Virus record (IMG/VR): IMGVR_UViG_3300005764_000002
Location: 1-53,650 of that record
Origin: a virus
Lineage: Duplodnaviria > Caudoviricetes
Reading direction: 5' to 3' (one strand)
Length of the DNA stretch: 53,650 bases
Part shown: piece by piece, positions 43,643 through 53,605 of the stretch
How positions within the stretch are numbered: position 1 is the stretch's first letter
Layout of the letters: every line of letters begins with the position of its first letter
Notes under the pieces: generated by a model
What the model was told of the DNA's origin: nothing
The model's database searches: none
What the model saw: only the letters and a program-made list of their open reading frames with translations
Program-made: the position numbers and the translations under genes

Positions 43643-45295
43643 TCACCGCGACCGGCCGAACGGCCACAGACGGGCGAACAGTCGCCGCTTGTCCGCGGCC
43701 GGCTGGCGAGCAGAAGCCTTCGGTGGTTCGCGCCGGGCGTAGGCTTGCGGATCCTCGCGGAACCCAGCGGCCAGCTTGGCGAGCCAGCCGGTGCGCAACT
43801 CGGTCACCTGTTGCGGCGGCACCGGCAGTCCCATCTGACGATCTTGCGCAGCACGCTCGGCGCGCCGGCGATCGGCCGCTGCCTGTTCTTGACGCCGCAG
43901 CTCAAGGCTGCGGTCCCGCTCGTTCGCGGTCTGCGGCTGCCGGTAGCCTCGCATGCGCTCCTCGCGCTCTGTTCGGCGCCGGGCTTGCTCGAGATCATAC
44001 TGATACCACTCCTCCGAGGTTCGCGGTCCGCGGGCGGCCAGATGCACCACTTGCCGCGTGCGTTGCTCGTCGCCGGGTCGCCAGGTCGAAGTAGTACCGC
44101 GTGGTATCGCTGCCGCTGCGACCTCCGCTTGCTGCTGAGCCAGCTCTGCGGCCTTGCGCGCCAGTTCGGACTCGGCACGCAGCACGGCATCACGCGCCGC
44201 AGCTTCGGACACACGCGGATGCCGAGCCGGCCGCTCGGCATCCGGCTCCGTCGGCTCCTCAGCCGCGCCATGCCGAGCGCAGCCGGCGATCTCGAACTCA
44301 CCGATCCGCATGCCGCCGGATGCCTGTTCGTCCTCGCGTTGCCGGCGATCCCGTGTCGTGGCCAGCTCGGTCCGGGTGCGCGATGTATCCCAGCGGGCCA
44401 GCCACGCCAGCACCACGCACCGGCAGCAGGGATGCCGCGGAGGGTTCGCGATGCCACCCTTGAACGTGCCGTCGATCGTCGTAACCGTGCCGTCCAGCTC
44501 CATGCAGAGCACGCAGGTTCGCGGATCTGCCGCAGCATCCCACCGACGGAGAAACTCCTCGTCGCCTTCGGGTCGGTGCTCGTTCGCGTAGCTGATCGCC
44601 TCGTCGTGCTGCACGTTGTAGGCGTTCATCATCTCGGTGCGCACGAGGCGATCGGCCCACCATTTGTGTCGCCGGAATAGCCCGCCGGCGATGACGTCTG
44701 CATCGGCACCGGGATCGATCGGCTGTGTGCGCGCGCCCGGATCGCCGAGCTTGCGCAGCCGGTTCACCAATTGCTCGAACGTCTCGCCCTTGGCAACGCC
44801 CACCGCGAACAGCTGGCGGATATCGTCGCCGATCGCGCCGGCGTAGCGTGCCGCCGAGTGCTCATGGCGCTTCCACAAGATCCGATCGCCCTTGGCCAGG
44901 ATCGCGGCGGTGTTGATCTGCGGGATCGTCGGTATGCCACCACCGAAGATCGCGCTCAAGCGCTGGATCTCGGTCTCGAGATTCGCCACGGCTAGCGGCC
45001 CTGTGAGCGACCGCGTGCGGCCGAGCGCGTGTGACATCGCCGGCTCAAGCTCGGCGACCCGGTCCATCGCCGAATCCAGCGCGCGCAACACCTGCTGTTT
45101 CTGGAACGCTGTGAACCGATCGGCGCCATCCGGCGCGGTCTCCAGCCAGGCACGCAGATCCCGGCGCAGCTCCTCGCGCGCCTGCCGCAGCGCCGGCAAT
45201 ACCGCACGCACGGCGCTCGGGGCGATCGCATCGACGGCCGCAACCGACTCGCGCACGAGCCGTTGCACCGCCTCGATCTGCGCCGCCGTGCTCAT
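43643..45295 (-). CDS. phage head morphogenesis protein (Mu gpF/SPP1 gp7-like) with long C-terminal extension
   Basis: RLVRTE...AYN, WDA..D.RTC..C..LDG, PP.HP.CRC. Confidence 0.9.
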   Translation of the reverse strand: MSTAAQIEAVQRLVRESVAAVDAIAPSAVRAVLPALRQAREELRRDLRAWLETAPDGADRFTAFQKQQVLRALDSAMDRVAELEPAMSHALGRTRSLTGPLAVANLETEIQRLSAIFGGGIPTIPQINTAAILAKGDRILWKRHEHSAARYAGAIGDDIRQLFAVGVAKGETFEQLVNRLRKLGDPGARTQPIDPGADADVIAGGLFRRHKWWADRLVRTEMMNAYNVQHDEAISYANEHRPEGDEEFLRRWDAAADPRTCVLCMELDGTVTTIDGTFKGGIANPPRHPCCRCVVLAWLARWDTSRTRTELATTRDRRQREDEQASGGMRIGEFEIAGCARHGAAEEPTEPDAERPARHPRVSEAAARDAVLRAESELARKAAELAQQQAEVAAAAIPRGTTSTWRPGDEQRTRQVVHLAARGPRTSEEWYQYDLEQARRRTEREERMRGYRQPQTANERDRSLELRRQEQAAADRRRAERAAQDRQMGLPVPPQQVTELRTGWLAKLAAGFREDPQAYARREPPKASARQPAADKRRLFARLWPFGRSR

Positions 45296-45296
45296 C

Positions 45297-47210
45297 TCAC
45301 TTGTTCGAGCTAGCGCTCTTGCGCTTCATCGAGCGGATCCCGGCCGGCTTCGCGGGTGGCTGCGGTTCCTGCTCCGGTTCGGGTTGCTCGTCCTCGTCAT
45401 CCTTGCCGGGCTGATTGCCTTCCCCGCCAGCTGGCCCGCCGCCCATGCCCGCGAGTGCGGCTGCGGCCAGCTCCTCCTGCGACAGTGATTCGCGGATCTC
45501 CTCGCGAACTTCTTCGAGCTGCTCCTGCGACAGGTCACCGAGGATCTCGCCGTATAGCCGCGCGAGGTACAGCTCCTTGACGAGCGACGACAACATCGGC
45601 ACGCCGGCGAACAGCTGCACCGCCTCGGCGATCTTGACGTCCACACCGGCTATGTCGAACTTGGACAGGCCGGTGATCGTCGCCGGTGGTGCCGCCTGCT
45701 GTCGACCGAGCGATGCGAGCAGGATCAGCCGCCGTCCGAACCGCAGGAGCAGCATCCCGAACGCGTCGAGGAGCACCTCGGTGGTGGCGGCATCCTTGTC
45801 CTTCGATTCGGCGCTGCGCGAGAGCGCCGCGGCATCCATGTTCGCCGACATTGCCATGCTGAACATCACGCGGTGCATCTCGCGCATCGTGTCGTTGCAG
45901 CTGTCACGGGCTGCCACGAACGGGTCAACAGGCGGTCCCACCCATTCGGCCCGATCGTCCTCACCTCGAGTCTGCGTGAACCCCTGGCCGCGGATCTGGT
46001 TCACCGCGCGCTGATCGTCCTGTTGCACATCCGCAACAGGTAGGCCGTTCTTGTCGCCGGCACCCAGGAATTCATACAAGATGCTGAACAGCGACTTATA
46101 CTCGGCCCACGACATCGCGCAGCGCTTGTTGAAGTGTTCTCGCGCGAGGCTGTGCAGCTTGCCCATCGCGTAGAGACCGTCCGACAAGCATAGACGCTCG
46201 AACGGCACTCGCCCGAACCCGTGCAGTCCGGCATCGATCGGTCGATACTGCGTGTTCTCATTGGGAGGCTGTCGCGGATCAACGAGCACCTGGTATCGCG
46301 TCCACGTATCCGCGGTCCATAGCGTGTACGTGTACAGGATCTTGCCGCGGCGAAGCCGAGGGTGATCACGCGGCTGGGTCATCGTCAGAACCATCACCCA
46401 CGTGAGGCGCTGCCGATCGTCGGTCTGCCAGTCCACCACATTTTCCGACGGGCACAGGCACAGGTAGGGGTCCAGTATGCCGGACTCCTCGGCTGCGAGC
46501 TGGCTGTCGATCCGATCCGCATCGTCCGGATCGATCCTTGGTAGATCGCCGAGCACCCATGCTGTCTGTGTCTGCAGCGCCTCGCGCAGACAGTCGATCA
46601 AGAAATGATGCAGGCTGCATCCGCCTTCATCCTCGTCATCATCATCGTCGTCCTGGTACTCCATGCCGTAATCGCTCGGTGACTCGGCCTCGTCGGTAAC
46701 GTCAGACACCCAGCGCTCCCACCACTCCGCGCTCTTACTGGTGGTCGCCTTGCCCTTGTCGTCGACCTGCGAGAACGACACCTTGAGCGGATCGGTGCCG
46801 AGCCCCGCGAGGAGATGATCAAGGATCGTTCCAGGATATGGGAAGTAGTGGGCGCGCGACTTCCTGGCCTCGTAGATGTCCGGCGCCTCATGCAGGTGCT
46901 TCGGGAACAGCCGTTCCAGTAGCTTCTGATCGCCGAGGAGTCGCTGTCCGCCGGCGTAGAGCGCGCGGCACTCCGACCAGTAATCGCCCTTCCACTCGGG
47001 ATGACGTTGCTGGAAATCACCCCACGTCAGGATCAGATTCGGATCCTGTAGATCGATCACCGGCGGCGCTTGCGCGTACGTCGGATCGCCCGCCATGGGC
47101 GCCCGCATCATCCGCCGCTGCGCAACAGCCTGTGCGAGCTGGTCACCACGCGGGGTGCCCTGTAGTTCGGCGTCTACAACGGTCTGGAGCGGTCCGGTCG
47201 GGCTTGCCAT
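45297..47210 (-). CDS. portal protein
   Basis: E....Y..RK.RA, HGFGRVPF, SAESK..D; follows terminase. Confidence 0.85.
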   Translation of the reverse strand: MASPTGPLQTVVDAELQGTPRGDQLAQAVAQRRMMRAPMAGDPTYAQAPPVIDLQDPNLILTWGDFQQRHPEWKGDYWSECRALYAGGQRLLGDQKLLERLFPKHLHEAPDIYEARKSRAHYFPYPGTILDHLLAGLGTDPLKVSFSQVDDKGKATTSKSAEWWERWVSDVTDEAESPSDYGMEYQDDDDDDEDEGGCSLHHFLIDCLREALQTQTAWVLGDLPRIDPDDADRIDSQLAAEESGILDPYLCLCPSENVVDWQTDDRQRLTWVMVLTMTQPRDHPRLRRGKILYTYTLWTADTWTRYQVLVDPRQPPNENTQYRPIDAGLHGFGRVPFERLCLSDGLYAMGKLHSLAREHFNKRCAMSWAEYKSLFSILYEFLGAGDKNGLPVADVQQDDQRAVNQIRGQGFTQTRGEDDRAEWVGPPVDPFVAARDSCNDTMREMHRVMFSMAMSANMDAAALSRSAESKDKDAATTEVLLDAFGMLLLRFGRRLILLASLGRQQAAPPATITGLSKFDIAGVDVKIAEAVQLFAGVPMLSSLVKELYLARLYGEILGDLSQEQLEEVREEIRESLSQEELAAAALAGMGGGPAGGEGNQPGKDDEDEQPEPEQEPQPPAKPAGIRSMKRKSASSNK

Positions 47211-47220
47211 GCCGGCCAGT

Positions 47221-48783
47221 TTACCCGAACGGGTTGCGGTTCTGGCGAGCGCCTTGCTGCCGTGGACGGATCCCCATCAGCTCGTTGTAACCATGGGCCA
47301 GCGCATCAACTTGGTCATCCTCGGCATCGCCCACGCCGGTGAACCGGCTGGCCTCGGCGATCAGCTCGTCAGCCCAGGTGACACCGGCCCCGACGCCGCG
47401 GCGCAGCGAGCGCAGGACCAGCGGACGCTCAAATCGCAGCGTCTCGGGCACCCACTCGCACTCCGCGTCCATCGGTACCAGTAGCCGGCCAGGTCGGGCG
47501 TTCCATGCTGCGGCTGCCGGCTGCGCCCGCAAGAACTTGTCGACGGGTGCGTTGCTGACCCGGGCTGCATCTTTCTTGCCCTCTTCAGGGAGGCCCATCT
47601 TGGCAACGATGATCTTGAGCCGCGGCTCGATCTCCTTGAGGGTCTGCGGCACCGCCTTGAAGCCGCCCACCGCTTCGACCACGATCGGTGCACCCCAGAA
47701 TTTGCGCGAGACCTCGTGCAGCTTGCGCGCGAACTTGGGCACGCTCACCTGGCCCCGCCAGCCGTAGAGCACCCAGATCACCATCTTCGAACCGAACTCC
47801 TTGGCCGCGAGCACGAACAGCGCCGAGTGGTCGGCTCGCGTGTCCTCGGTTGCGGCCGGATCGGCGCAGATGATGATCCGGTGCCCGTCTGGTCGCCAGC
47901 TTGCCAACGAGAATCGGGCTGGCTCGCCGAACACATCGGCGCCGCGTGGACGCGGGCGCTGCTGGAACAGCGAGGCCCACGAGTAGGGGCCGATCGCTGC
48001 CTCGATCTCGGCAAGCATCTCGGCCGAGAACCGCTCCGGCCACAGCGCCTCGCCGGGTGCCCGGCCGAGGAGATCGTTCTCTTCGGCGATCGCCGGCAGG
48101 CAAACGCGCTCGAACTTGTAGCCGAACTTTCCGGCGAGCAGCCAGCCGATCAAATCGTCTTCATGCCAGCGAGTGTGCTGCACGAAGCACGATGGGTGAA
48201 AGTCCCACTCGAACCGGGTCCACCAGACATCCGCGAACCATTCTTGGATGTTCCGTCGGATCTTGGGGCTCTCAGCGCTAGCCCGATCCTTATACGGATC
48301 ATCGACGATCCCCACGCCAGTGATGCCGCGGCCGGTCCACTCGCCGAGGTAGCCGCGGAACTGGGCACCACCGCCGTAGTCGTTTAGCCACTCATGGAGG
48401 TTGGCCATCTCCTTCGAGAGCGCTCGGCCACCAGCGCGCGTGAGCGTGCGCGCGATGCGCGATCGCGATGCCGCATAGTCGTCGCCGAACGTGGCGAACG
48501 CGTTCAGCAGAACAGGGTCGACCTTGTTCTTCCAGGCGATGCCGTGCAGCGCCTCGGTTGTCTTGGCATGGCGCGGAGGCATCTCGATGCATGCGAGCAC
48601 ACGCTCGTGGCGCGAGCGCTCCCACAGCTTGTGCACAGGCTGCATGTGCCGCGGTGGGATGTGCCGTGGCGACACGCGCCGGATGAAGGCATCGAGCGTT
48701 TCGACGTTGTGCTGGGCATCGAGCAGCTGGATCAGCCGCTCCTCGTCATCGTCGGCCCATTCAGGCTCGGCGACTGCCACCAC
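47221..48783 (-). CDS. terminase large subunit
   Basis: Walker A MPPRHAKT, Walker B GIVDDP, TRWHEDDL, DPA, DDQVDAL. Confidence 0.95.
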   Translation of the reverse strand: MVAVAEPEWADDDEERLIQLLDAQHNVETLDAFIRRVSPRHIPPRHMQPVHKLWERSRHERVLACIEMPPRHAKTTEALHGIAWKNKVDPVLLNAFATFGDDYAASRSRIARTLTRAGGRALSKEMANLHEWLNDYGGGAQFRGYLGEWTGRGITGVGIVDDPYKDRASAESPKIRRNIQEWFADVWWTRFEWDFHPSCFVQHTRWHEDDLIGWLLAGKFGYKFERVCLPAIAEENDLLGRAPGEALWPERFSAEMLAEIEAAIGPYSWASLFQQRPRPRGADVFGEPARFSLASWRPDGHRIIICADPAATEDTRADHSALFVLAAKEFGSKMVIWVLYGWRGQVSVPKFARKLHEVSRKFWGAPIVVEAVGGFKAVPQTLKEIEPRLKIIVAKMGLPEEGKKDAARVSNAPVDKFLRAQPAAAAWNARPGRLLVPMDAECEWVPETLRFERPLVLRSLRRGVGAGVTWADELIAEASRFTGVGDAEDDQVDALAHGYNELMGIRPRQQGARQNRNPFG

Positions 48784-48792
48784 GGCGCGCGC

Positions 48793-49440
48793 CTACGCTT
48801 GGCCTCGCGGTCGGCTCATGATGTCTGCCGGCAGCTCCGGCGCCGGTGCTCCGAGCTTGGCCGCATCCGCACCTCCGGCCGACGCATCGAACGCCACCGC
48901 GCCGAGCGTGGCGCGCTTGCCGGTGATCTCGATCATCAGATGTTCGGCATCGATCGTGTCGAGGTGGCAGGAGACCGTGATGTCGGTGATCGAATCGTCA
49001 AGGGTCGACAGCGCCTCGCACAGTTCGCGCCGCATCTCCTCGCGCACCGCCAGCGTGGCGCGCTTGCCGATGTACCTCGCCAGGGTCACCTTCAAGACCA
49101 GGTTCAGCTCCGGCAATTCGCCGCGTGAGATCGCTCGGCCGATCACCACTCGCCACCGAGGCACGGGTTCCGGCACCGTCAGCGTAGCGGTGAGCGCGCC
49201 ATTCTCGACCACCATGCCGAGCATGCCGGCGTGGTGAGCATCATCGATCAGCATCCGCGCCAGCGCATGCCCCCACGTGATCCGCCCGGCGCGAACAAGC
49301 CCCATCACGTGAAGCTGGAGCTCGTCGCCATGCCGGCGATCGCAGAGGTCGCAGAGGATGCAGCGGCGGATCTCGGCGCGCGGCCCAGGGGCGAGCAGCA
49401 CCCCGCAGCAACGGCACCTAACATCAAGTTCCGGCATCAA
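48793..49440 (-). CDS. hypothetical protein with N-terminal Zn finger
   Basis: CRCC...CILCDLC; between small and large terminase. Confidence 0.55.
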   Translation of the reverse strand: MMPELDVRCRCCGVLLAPGPRAEIRRCILCDLCDRRHGDELQLHVMGLVRAGRITWGHALARMLIDDAHHAGMLGMVVENGALTATLTVPEPVPRWRVVIGRAISRGELPELNLVLKVTLARYIGKRATLAVREEMRRELCEALSTLDDSITDITVSCHLDTIDAEHLMIEITGKRATLGAVAFDASAGGADAAKLGAPAPELPADIMSRPRGQA

Positions 49441-49946
49441 TTGATCCCTTTGTTGGCGAGCGTTGCCTCGCGCGCCTGCTGGCGCTTGGCGAGGAGCGCC
49501 GCGATCTCGCGCTCGCGCTCGGCCGGCGACATCGAAGCCGGGTCCAGCTTGCCGTCAGGCTGCTGCATGATCGGCTGGTGGAGTCCATCGAGCACGATCG
49601 CCACCTTCGCGATGCGCGTAGCCTCGGCCTGCAGCTGACTGTATGCGAAGTCAGACTTGGTCGTCCTGGCACGCTCCAGCACCTGGTGGTACTGAGCTTC
49701 GAGCCGCGCGCGCCACAGATCCTTGCGGGCCGGGCGCGTAGCATCAGCTTCGGCAGCCCAACGGCGCTGAATCTGGAACCGCCATTTCTTGGCAGTCTCC
49801 TCGCTCTCGGTTACGCCTTCATCGGCCAGGATCGCCACGATGCGGTGCCAGGGCAGCGCCTGCACCATCAGATCTTCGATCCGGGCCAGGGCCAGCTCGC
49901 GCAGATAGTCAGGCGGGCGTATCCCGCCGCCTTTGTCTTGTGCCAT
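49437..49946 (-). CDS. putative terminase small subunit
   Basis: N-terminal HTH-like, helical, near terL. Confidence 0.55.
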   Translation of the reverse strand: MAQDKGGGIRPPDYLRELALARIEDLMVQALPWHRIVAILADEGVTESEETAKKWRFQIQRRWAAEADATRPARKDLWRARLEAQYHQVLERARTTKSDFAYSQLQAEATRIAKVAIVLDGLHQPIMQQPDGKLDPASMSPAEREREIAALLAKRQQAREATLANKGIN

Positions 49947-49972
49947 GGGGTTGCTCCAAACCCAGGATATCA

Positions 49973-50395
49973 CTAACGCTGGCGTACTAGGCGACGATAT
50001 TTGATCAGTGCCGACCCGCGTGATGGCTCCGGGGTGAACTGGGCCAGCTCCTCGGCAAGCTCGTGAGCTACCACTCGCCACAGGTCGGTACGCCGGGCGC
50101 CGCGCGCGCGATCGAGCGGCTTGGTTCGATTCGTCGCCTCCCACACGATGCACAGCCGGCCGGTTATCTCGCAGCGGCGCTCGCCGACTTCGCGGATCAT
50201 ACCGCGAGCTGCCAGCTCGGTGAACCGGGCGCGCCATGCGTTGGTGTTGGTGACGGCGAGATCAGCAAGTACCTCACCGCTGGTAGCCCGGCCTCGCTCG
50301 ATGAGTGCAGCCATTACCTGCCGCTGCTTTCCGACGAGCTGCTTGCTTTCAACGAGCTGCGCGTATGCCGCAATTGATGTCTCTCGGATCGTCAT
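49973..50395 (-). CDS. winged-helix DNA-binding protein
   Basis: TS..AY...V...L...G.AT..E...ARFTEL...G.I...G.R.C..TGR. Confidence 0.7.
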   Translation of the reverse strand: MTIRETSIAAYAQLVESKQLVGKQRQVMAALIERGRATSGEVLADLAVTNTNAWRARFTELAARGMIREVGERRCEITGRLCIVWEATNRTKPLDRARGARRTDLWRVVAHELAEELAQFTPEPSRGSALIKYRRLVRQR

Positions 50396-50411
50396 GTCTC
50401 CGGGGTAGCAC

Positions 50412-50434
50412 AGTTTGCAGCATCGCTACAAACT
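50412..50434 (-). promoter_or_regulatory. operator copy before winged-helix gene (head of packaging cluster)
   Basis: AGTTTGCAGCATCGCTACAAACT. Confidence 0.8.
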
Positions 50435-50579
50435 TGATCTAGCGCAGGAGATCTCCCCAGGCGCATCGGGCGCAGTCCGTCGATCGCGCAGCGCACACAG
50501 AGCTGGCGCTCGGTGCCTCGGCCGGGCTCCATCGTCACCACGATGCCGCGGAGCGGCATCCCACACTCATCGCAGCAGG

Positions 50580-51875
50580 CTACTCGTCGTCCAGTTTGCG
50601 GTTCGCCGCCACGTGATCGTTCGGCGTGACCCCGTAGCCCGTTTTCACCCGGAGCGGGGCCGGATGGTCGATCTTGGCCGTCGGTGGCAGCATGCTGCCG
50701 CGCAGCGCCGCCAGATACTTGCCGGTGTGCTCGTGTCCGTTGCTGCATCGCCAGAGATCAGCACGCTGGTCTGACGTCATCGGCGCCGCGCATTGCGGGC
50801 AGATCTGATCGTGGGCTAGACCGGGCACTGGATCCCGGTAGATCGTACCGCCGGTGCGCTCCACGAGATCCAGGTGACTCGCGCAATAGCGGTACAGCCG
50901 GTTTCCGCCGACCGTGGGCGTCACTCCGCAGCGTTCGTCGGTCAGCATCTCACCGACCATCATATCGCACGATGACTGCACCTTCTGCGCGAACTGGTAG
51001 GTCTCGTCCGCCTCGCGCACCCTCAACCTCGCTTGCGCGAGATCGCGGTCGCTCGGTCGAGCGCCCCGGCCGGGTTGGGGTACATCCGAGTCTCTCTGTT
51101 CCTTGGCCAGCTCCCCAAGCGCTTCGCCGAGCGCCTCGGTCGCCACCTTCCGCTTGGCCCCACGCAGGAGCGCCAGCTCCTCGACTGTGTGGCTCTCGAC
51201 ATCGCGCAACTGCACGTCATCCGGTGCCTGGATCACCAGCTCGGCCGGCATCTCGCGCCGCGGCATCGTGCCAGCAATCACCTCGCTGCCGATCTTCAGA
51301 TACAGCTCCGGCAGGTCGATCACTAGTTCGTGCCCGAGCACGCAGTCATCGAGCCCCCTGGCAATTGAGAGTGCCAGCGCCTGCACAAGCGCGAGCTGAT
51401 AGGCGTCCTTCGGCGGCGGCATTACGAACGGTGACCGCGTGGACATCACGACCAGCGCCAGCGCGCCAGTCGCATGCAATGGCTGCACATCCGAACGCAG
51501 CGAGAACAGTCCGGCCAGCTCGATGATCGGCGGAAGGGCCAGCCGCTCCGCGCTTGCGATGATCGAGATGTGGACCAGCAGCATTCCGAGCGCCTCGACA
51601 GCGCGCTCGCTGTCCTCGGTGCCGAAGGTGATCCCCAGGTGGCCGATCACCTGGAGCGCGTCGCCCATCAGGCGGTGCGGGATCGCGCTCACCGAGGCGC
51701 TCGAGATTGTATGATCGATCAGGCGGCACTGCATCCGCAGTACCCGATCCTCGATCTCGTTAGCATCGGTAGTCGTGCTGACCAGCTTCCATCCAGCGCC
51801 CGCCTTGTCGCGGGCATTTGTCAGGAGCTGGTAGCGCTCGCGCGCCTGGCGCTCGGCTTCGTCTTGGTGTGTCAT
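50580..51875 (-). CDS. hypothetical protein with C-terminal Cys clusters
   Basis: Long ORF; CPQC...CSNGH. Confidence 0.65.
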   Translation of the reverse strand: MTHQDEAERQARERYQLLTNARDKAGAGWKLVSTTTDANEIEDRVLRMQCRLIDHTISSASVSAIPHRLMGDALQVIGHLGITFGTEDSERAVEALGMLLVHISIIASAERLALPPIIELAGLFSLRSDVQPLHATGALALVVMSTRSPFVMPPPKDAYQLALVQALALSIARGLDDCVLGHELVIDLPELYLKIGSEVIAGTMPRREMPAELVIQAPDDVQLRDVESHTVEELALLRGAKRKVATEALGEALGELAKEQRDSDVPQPGRGARPSDRDLAQARLRVREADETYQFAQKVQSSCDMMVGEMLTDERCGVTPTVGGNRLYRYCASHLDLVERTGGTIYRDPVPGLAHDQICPQCAAPMTSDQRADLWRCSNGHEHTGKYLAALRGSMLPPTAKIDHPAPLRVKTGYGVTPNDHVAANRKLDDE

Positions 51876-52348
51876 GATTCCTCGTCGGGTTCGTGGTCCG
51901 GAATCTTGAACCCGATGTCGTACGCGGACCACCGCCGCCGACACCGTGGACATCGGATGTACTCGCGCCCGTCGCCACCGCGCTCCACGCCAGGGATTCC
52001 GCCGCCGCTCGCCGGGCACATGTTCGCGGCCTGGCCGACAGGTGCGCCGGTCTCGGTGTCGCGCATCTCGATCACGACATCCGCCATCGATAGCGGCTCG
52101 CCGGTCGCTTTGGCCTGTGCCATCACTTCACGCACGCCTTCGATCTGCCGGCGCAGCATGGCCACGAACCGCAGGCGCTTGGCGGGCGAGAGCTTCGCGG
52201 CGAAGCTGTACAGCTTGCGATACCCGGCGCTCTTGTGGATTGTAGCGTCGGTGATCGCGTAGGTCTGCGCCGGCCCGAGCTTGGCTTGAGCGATCCGGAG
52301 CTGCAGCCGAGCGAACTCGCGCAGCGTCTTGGAGTCCTCGTAGTTCAC
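51872..52348 (-). CDS. hypothetical protein
   Basis: GTG start 6 nt after the TAAACT promoter; C..C motif. Confidence 0.7.
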   Translation of the reverse strand: MNYEDSKTLREFARLQLRIAQAKLGPAQTYAITDATIHKSAGYRKLYSFAAKLSPAKRLRFVAMLRRQIEGVREVMAQAKATGEPLSMADVVIEMRDTETGAPVGQAANMCPASGGGIPGVERGGDGREYIRCPRCRRRWSAYDIGFKIPDHEPDEES

Positions 52349-52354
52349 GGCACC

Positions 52355-52377
52355 AGTTTACAGTATAGCTACGAACT
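52355..52377 (-). promoter_or_regulatory. operator copy
   Basis: AGTTTACAGTATAGCTACGAACT; TTGATC-N17-TAAACT-N6-GTG. Confidence 0.75.
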
Positions 52378-52379
52378 GA

Positions 52380-52907
52380 TCAACGCCGCGCCGAGTTGGC
52401 GAACCGCAGATCTCGCTGCCCGGCCAGGCCGCAGGCTCCGGTGTACCTGGCATTGCTGGCGATCGCGAAGGTCTCCACGCCGGCGAGCACCCCGAACCAG
52501 GCCCAGCGCGCCCACCGCGGCACAGGCGCACGAGTGGCACCGTAGTTCGCCGCGTTGAGTGCCGCGTTGCCGGCGATCAGCATTGCTGGTCCGGGACGTT
52601 CACCCACCCCAGGGATCGCGGTCAGTACCGGGTCACGCTCCATCAGCACTTTGCCGGGCGCGGTCTGCCGATCGTACGCGCCGCCGTGGCTCGTCCAGAC
52701 GGTGCCGGCGGTGTCGCACGCAGCGAGCACGGTCACGGTACCCCAGGCCACTTCGAGCGCCGAATCGCGCGGCGCCAGCCAGTGGTGCTCGCCGCCGAAC
52801 GTGCCGGCGCACCCGGCAGCGGCGCAGATCCAGGCGATCGCGATCACGAGGAGCGTGAACCAGAGAGCGGTGAACCCCATCGGGGCGGTGCCACGGTTAT
52901 TGCGCAC
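52380..52907 (-). CDS. membrane/lipoprotein-like protein
   Basis: Hydrophobic signal with AAGC lipobox-like site; additional TM segments. Confidence 0.6.
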   Translation of the reverse strand: MRNNRGTAPMGFTALWFTLLVIAIAWICAAAGCAGTFGGEHHWLAPRDSALEVAWGTVTVLAACDTAGTVWTSHGGAYDRQTAPGKVLMERDPVLTAIPGVGERPGPAMLIAGNAALNAANYGATRAPVPRWARWAWFGVLAGVETFAIASNARYTGACGLAGQRDLRFANSARR

Positions 52908-52910
52908 GGG

Positions 52911-53567
52911 CTATTCCTTGACCGTACTCGCCCTGGCGGCGGCCAGGATGGCATCGATTACCCATGCATGCGGCATCCAATCCGGGTTGGCCGCGGTGCT
53001 CAAGTAGTTCGGAGCATCCTTGGCGCCCGAGGCCCGTGCAGCGTGCCGCTTCGCCAGCGCGATCGCGTCGGAGCGGCTCATGGTAGCTGGTTCGCTCGCA
53101 ACCTGGCCGGTGCTCTCCACGAAGTCTCTGAGATCGGCGATCCCAGGCGTGAATGCTACGCGGCCGGCATCTCGGATCGGTGGTGTCGGTTCTGGACCGT
53201 TCGGGCCCACCCAGACCGGCGCCGACTTGGGCTCTCGCACGAGCTCCTTGACTGCATTGATCACCGCTCCCAGATCATCCGAGTCAGCGCCGACGTTTAC
53301 TTCCAGGTGACCGATGTGGAACGCGCGGCCATGATTGTGCGCGCTAACATGCGGACGGTTCTTGCCTTCGGCCTTGTCCTCGAGATGATCGAGGCGACCA
53401 GCGGTCAGCCCGCCGCGCAGCACGATCCCGTCGATGCGCTTGCGGAGCTCGATGAGCTGACCGCACACGTCAGGCTCATCAACATCCGAAGCGCCCACCA
53501 GGTTCTCGAGACGCGCGATCCGCCGTTCCATTGCCACGAACCTGTCATCCGCCGTGATCTCAGGCAT
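52911..53567 (-). CDS. hypothetical protein
   Basis: GGAGG RBS; operator-promoter upstream. Confidence 0.7.
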   Translation of the reverse strand: MPEITADDRFVAMERRIARLENLVGASDVDEPDVCGQLIELRKRIDGIVLRGGLTAGRLDHLEDKAEGKNRPHVSAHNHGRAFHIGHLEVNVGADSDDLGAVINAVKELVREPKSAPVWVGPNGPEPTPPIRDAGRVAFTPGIADLRDFVESTGQVASEPATMSRSDAIALAKRHAARASGAKDAPNYLSTAANPDWMPHAWVIDAILAAARASTVKE

Positions 53568-53582
53568 ATCTATCCTCCGCCT

Positions 53583-53605
53583 AGTTTATAGCAGAGCTAC
53601 GACGT
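53583..53605 (-). promoter_or_regulatory. operator copy
   Basis: AGTTTATAGCAGAGCTACGACGT; TTGACC-N17-TATAAA. Confidence 0.7.

Noticed and set aside
924-53605. The 23-bp palindromes as CRISPR repeats, REP elements or recombination sites
   Set aside because: Dispersed singly, always at promoters, with no spacers, cas genes or recombinase
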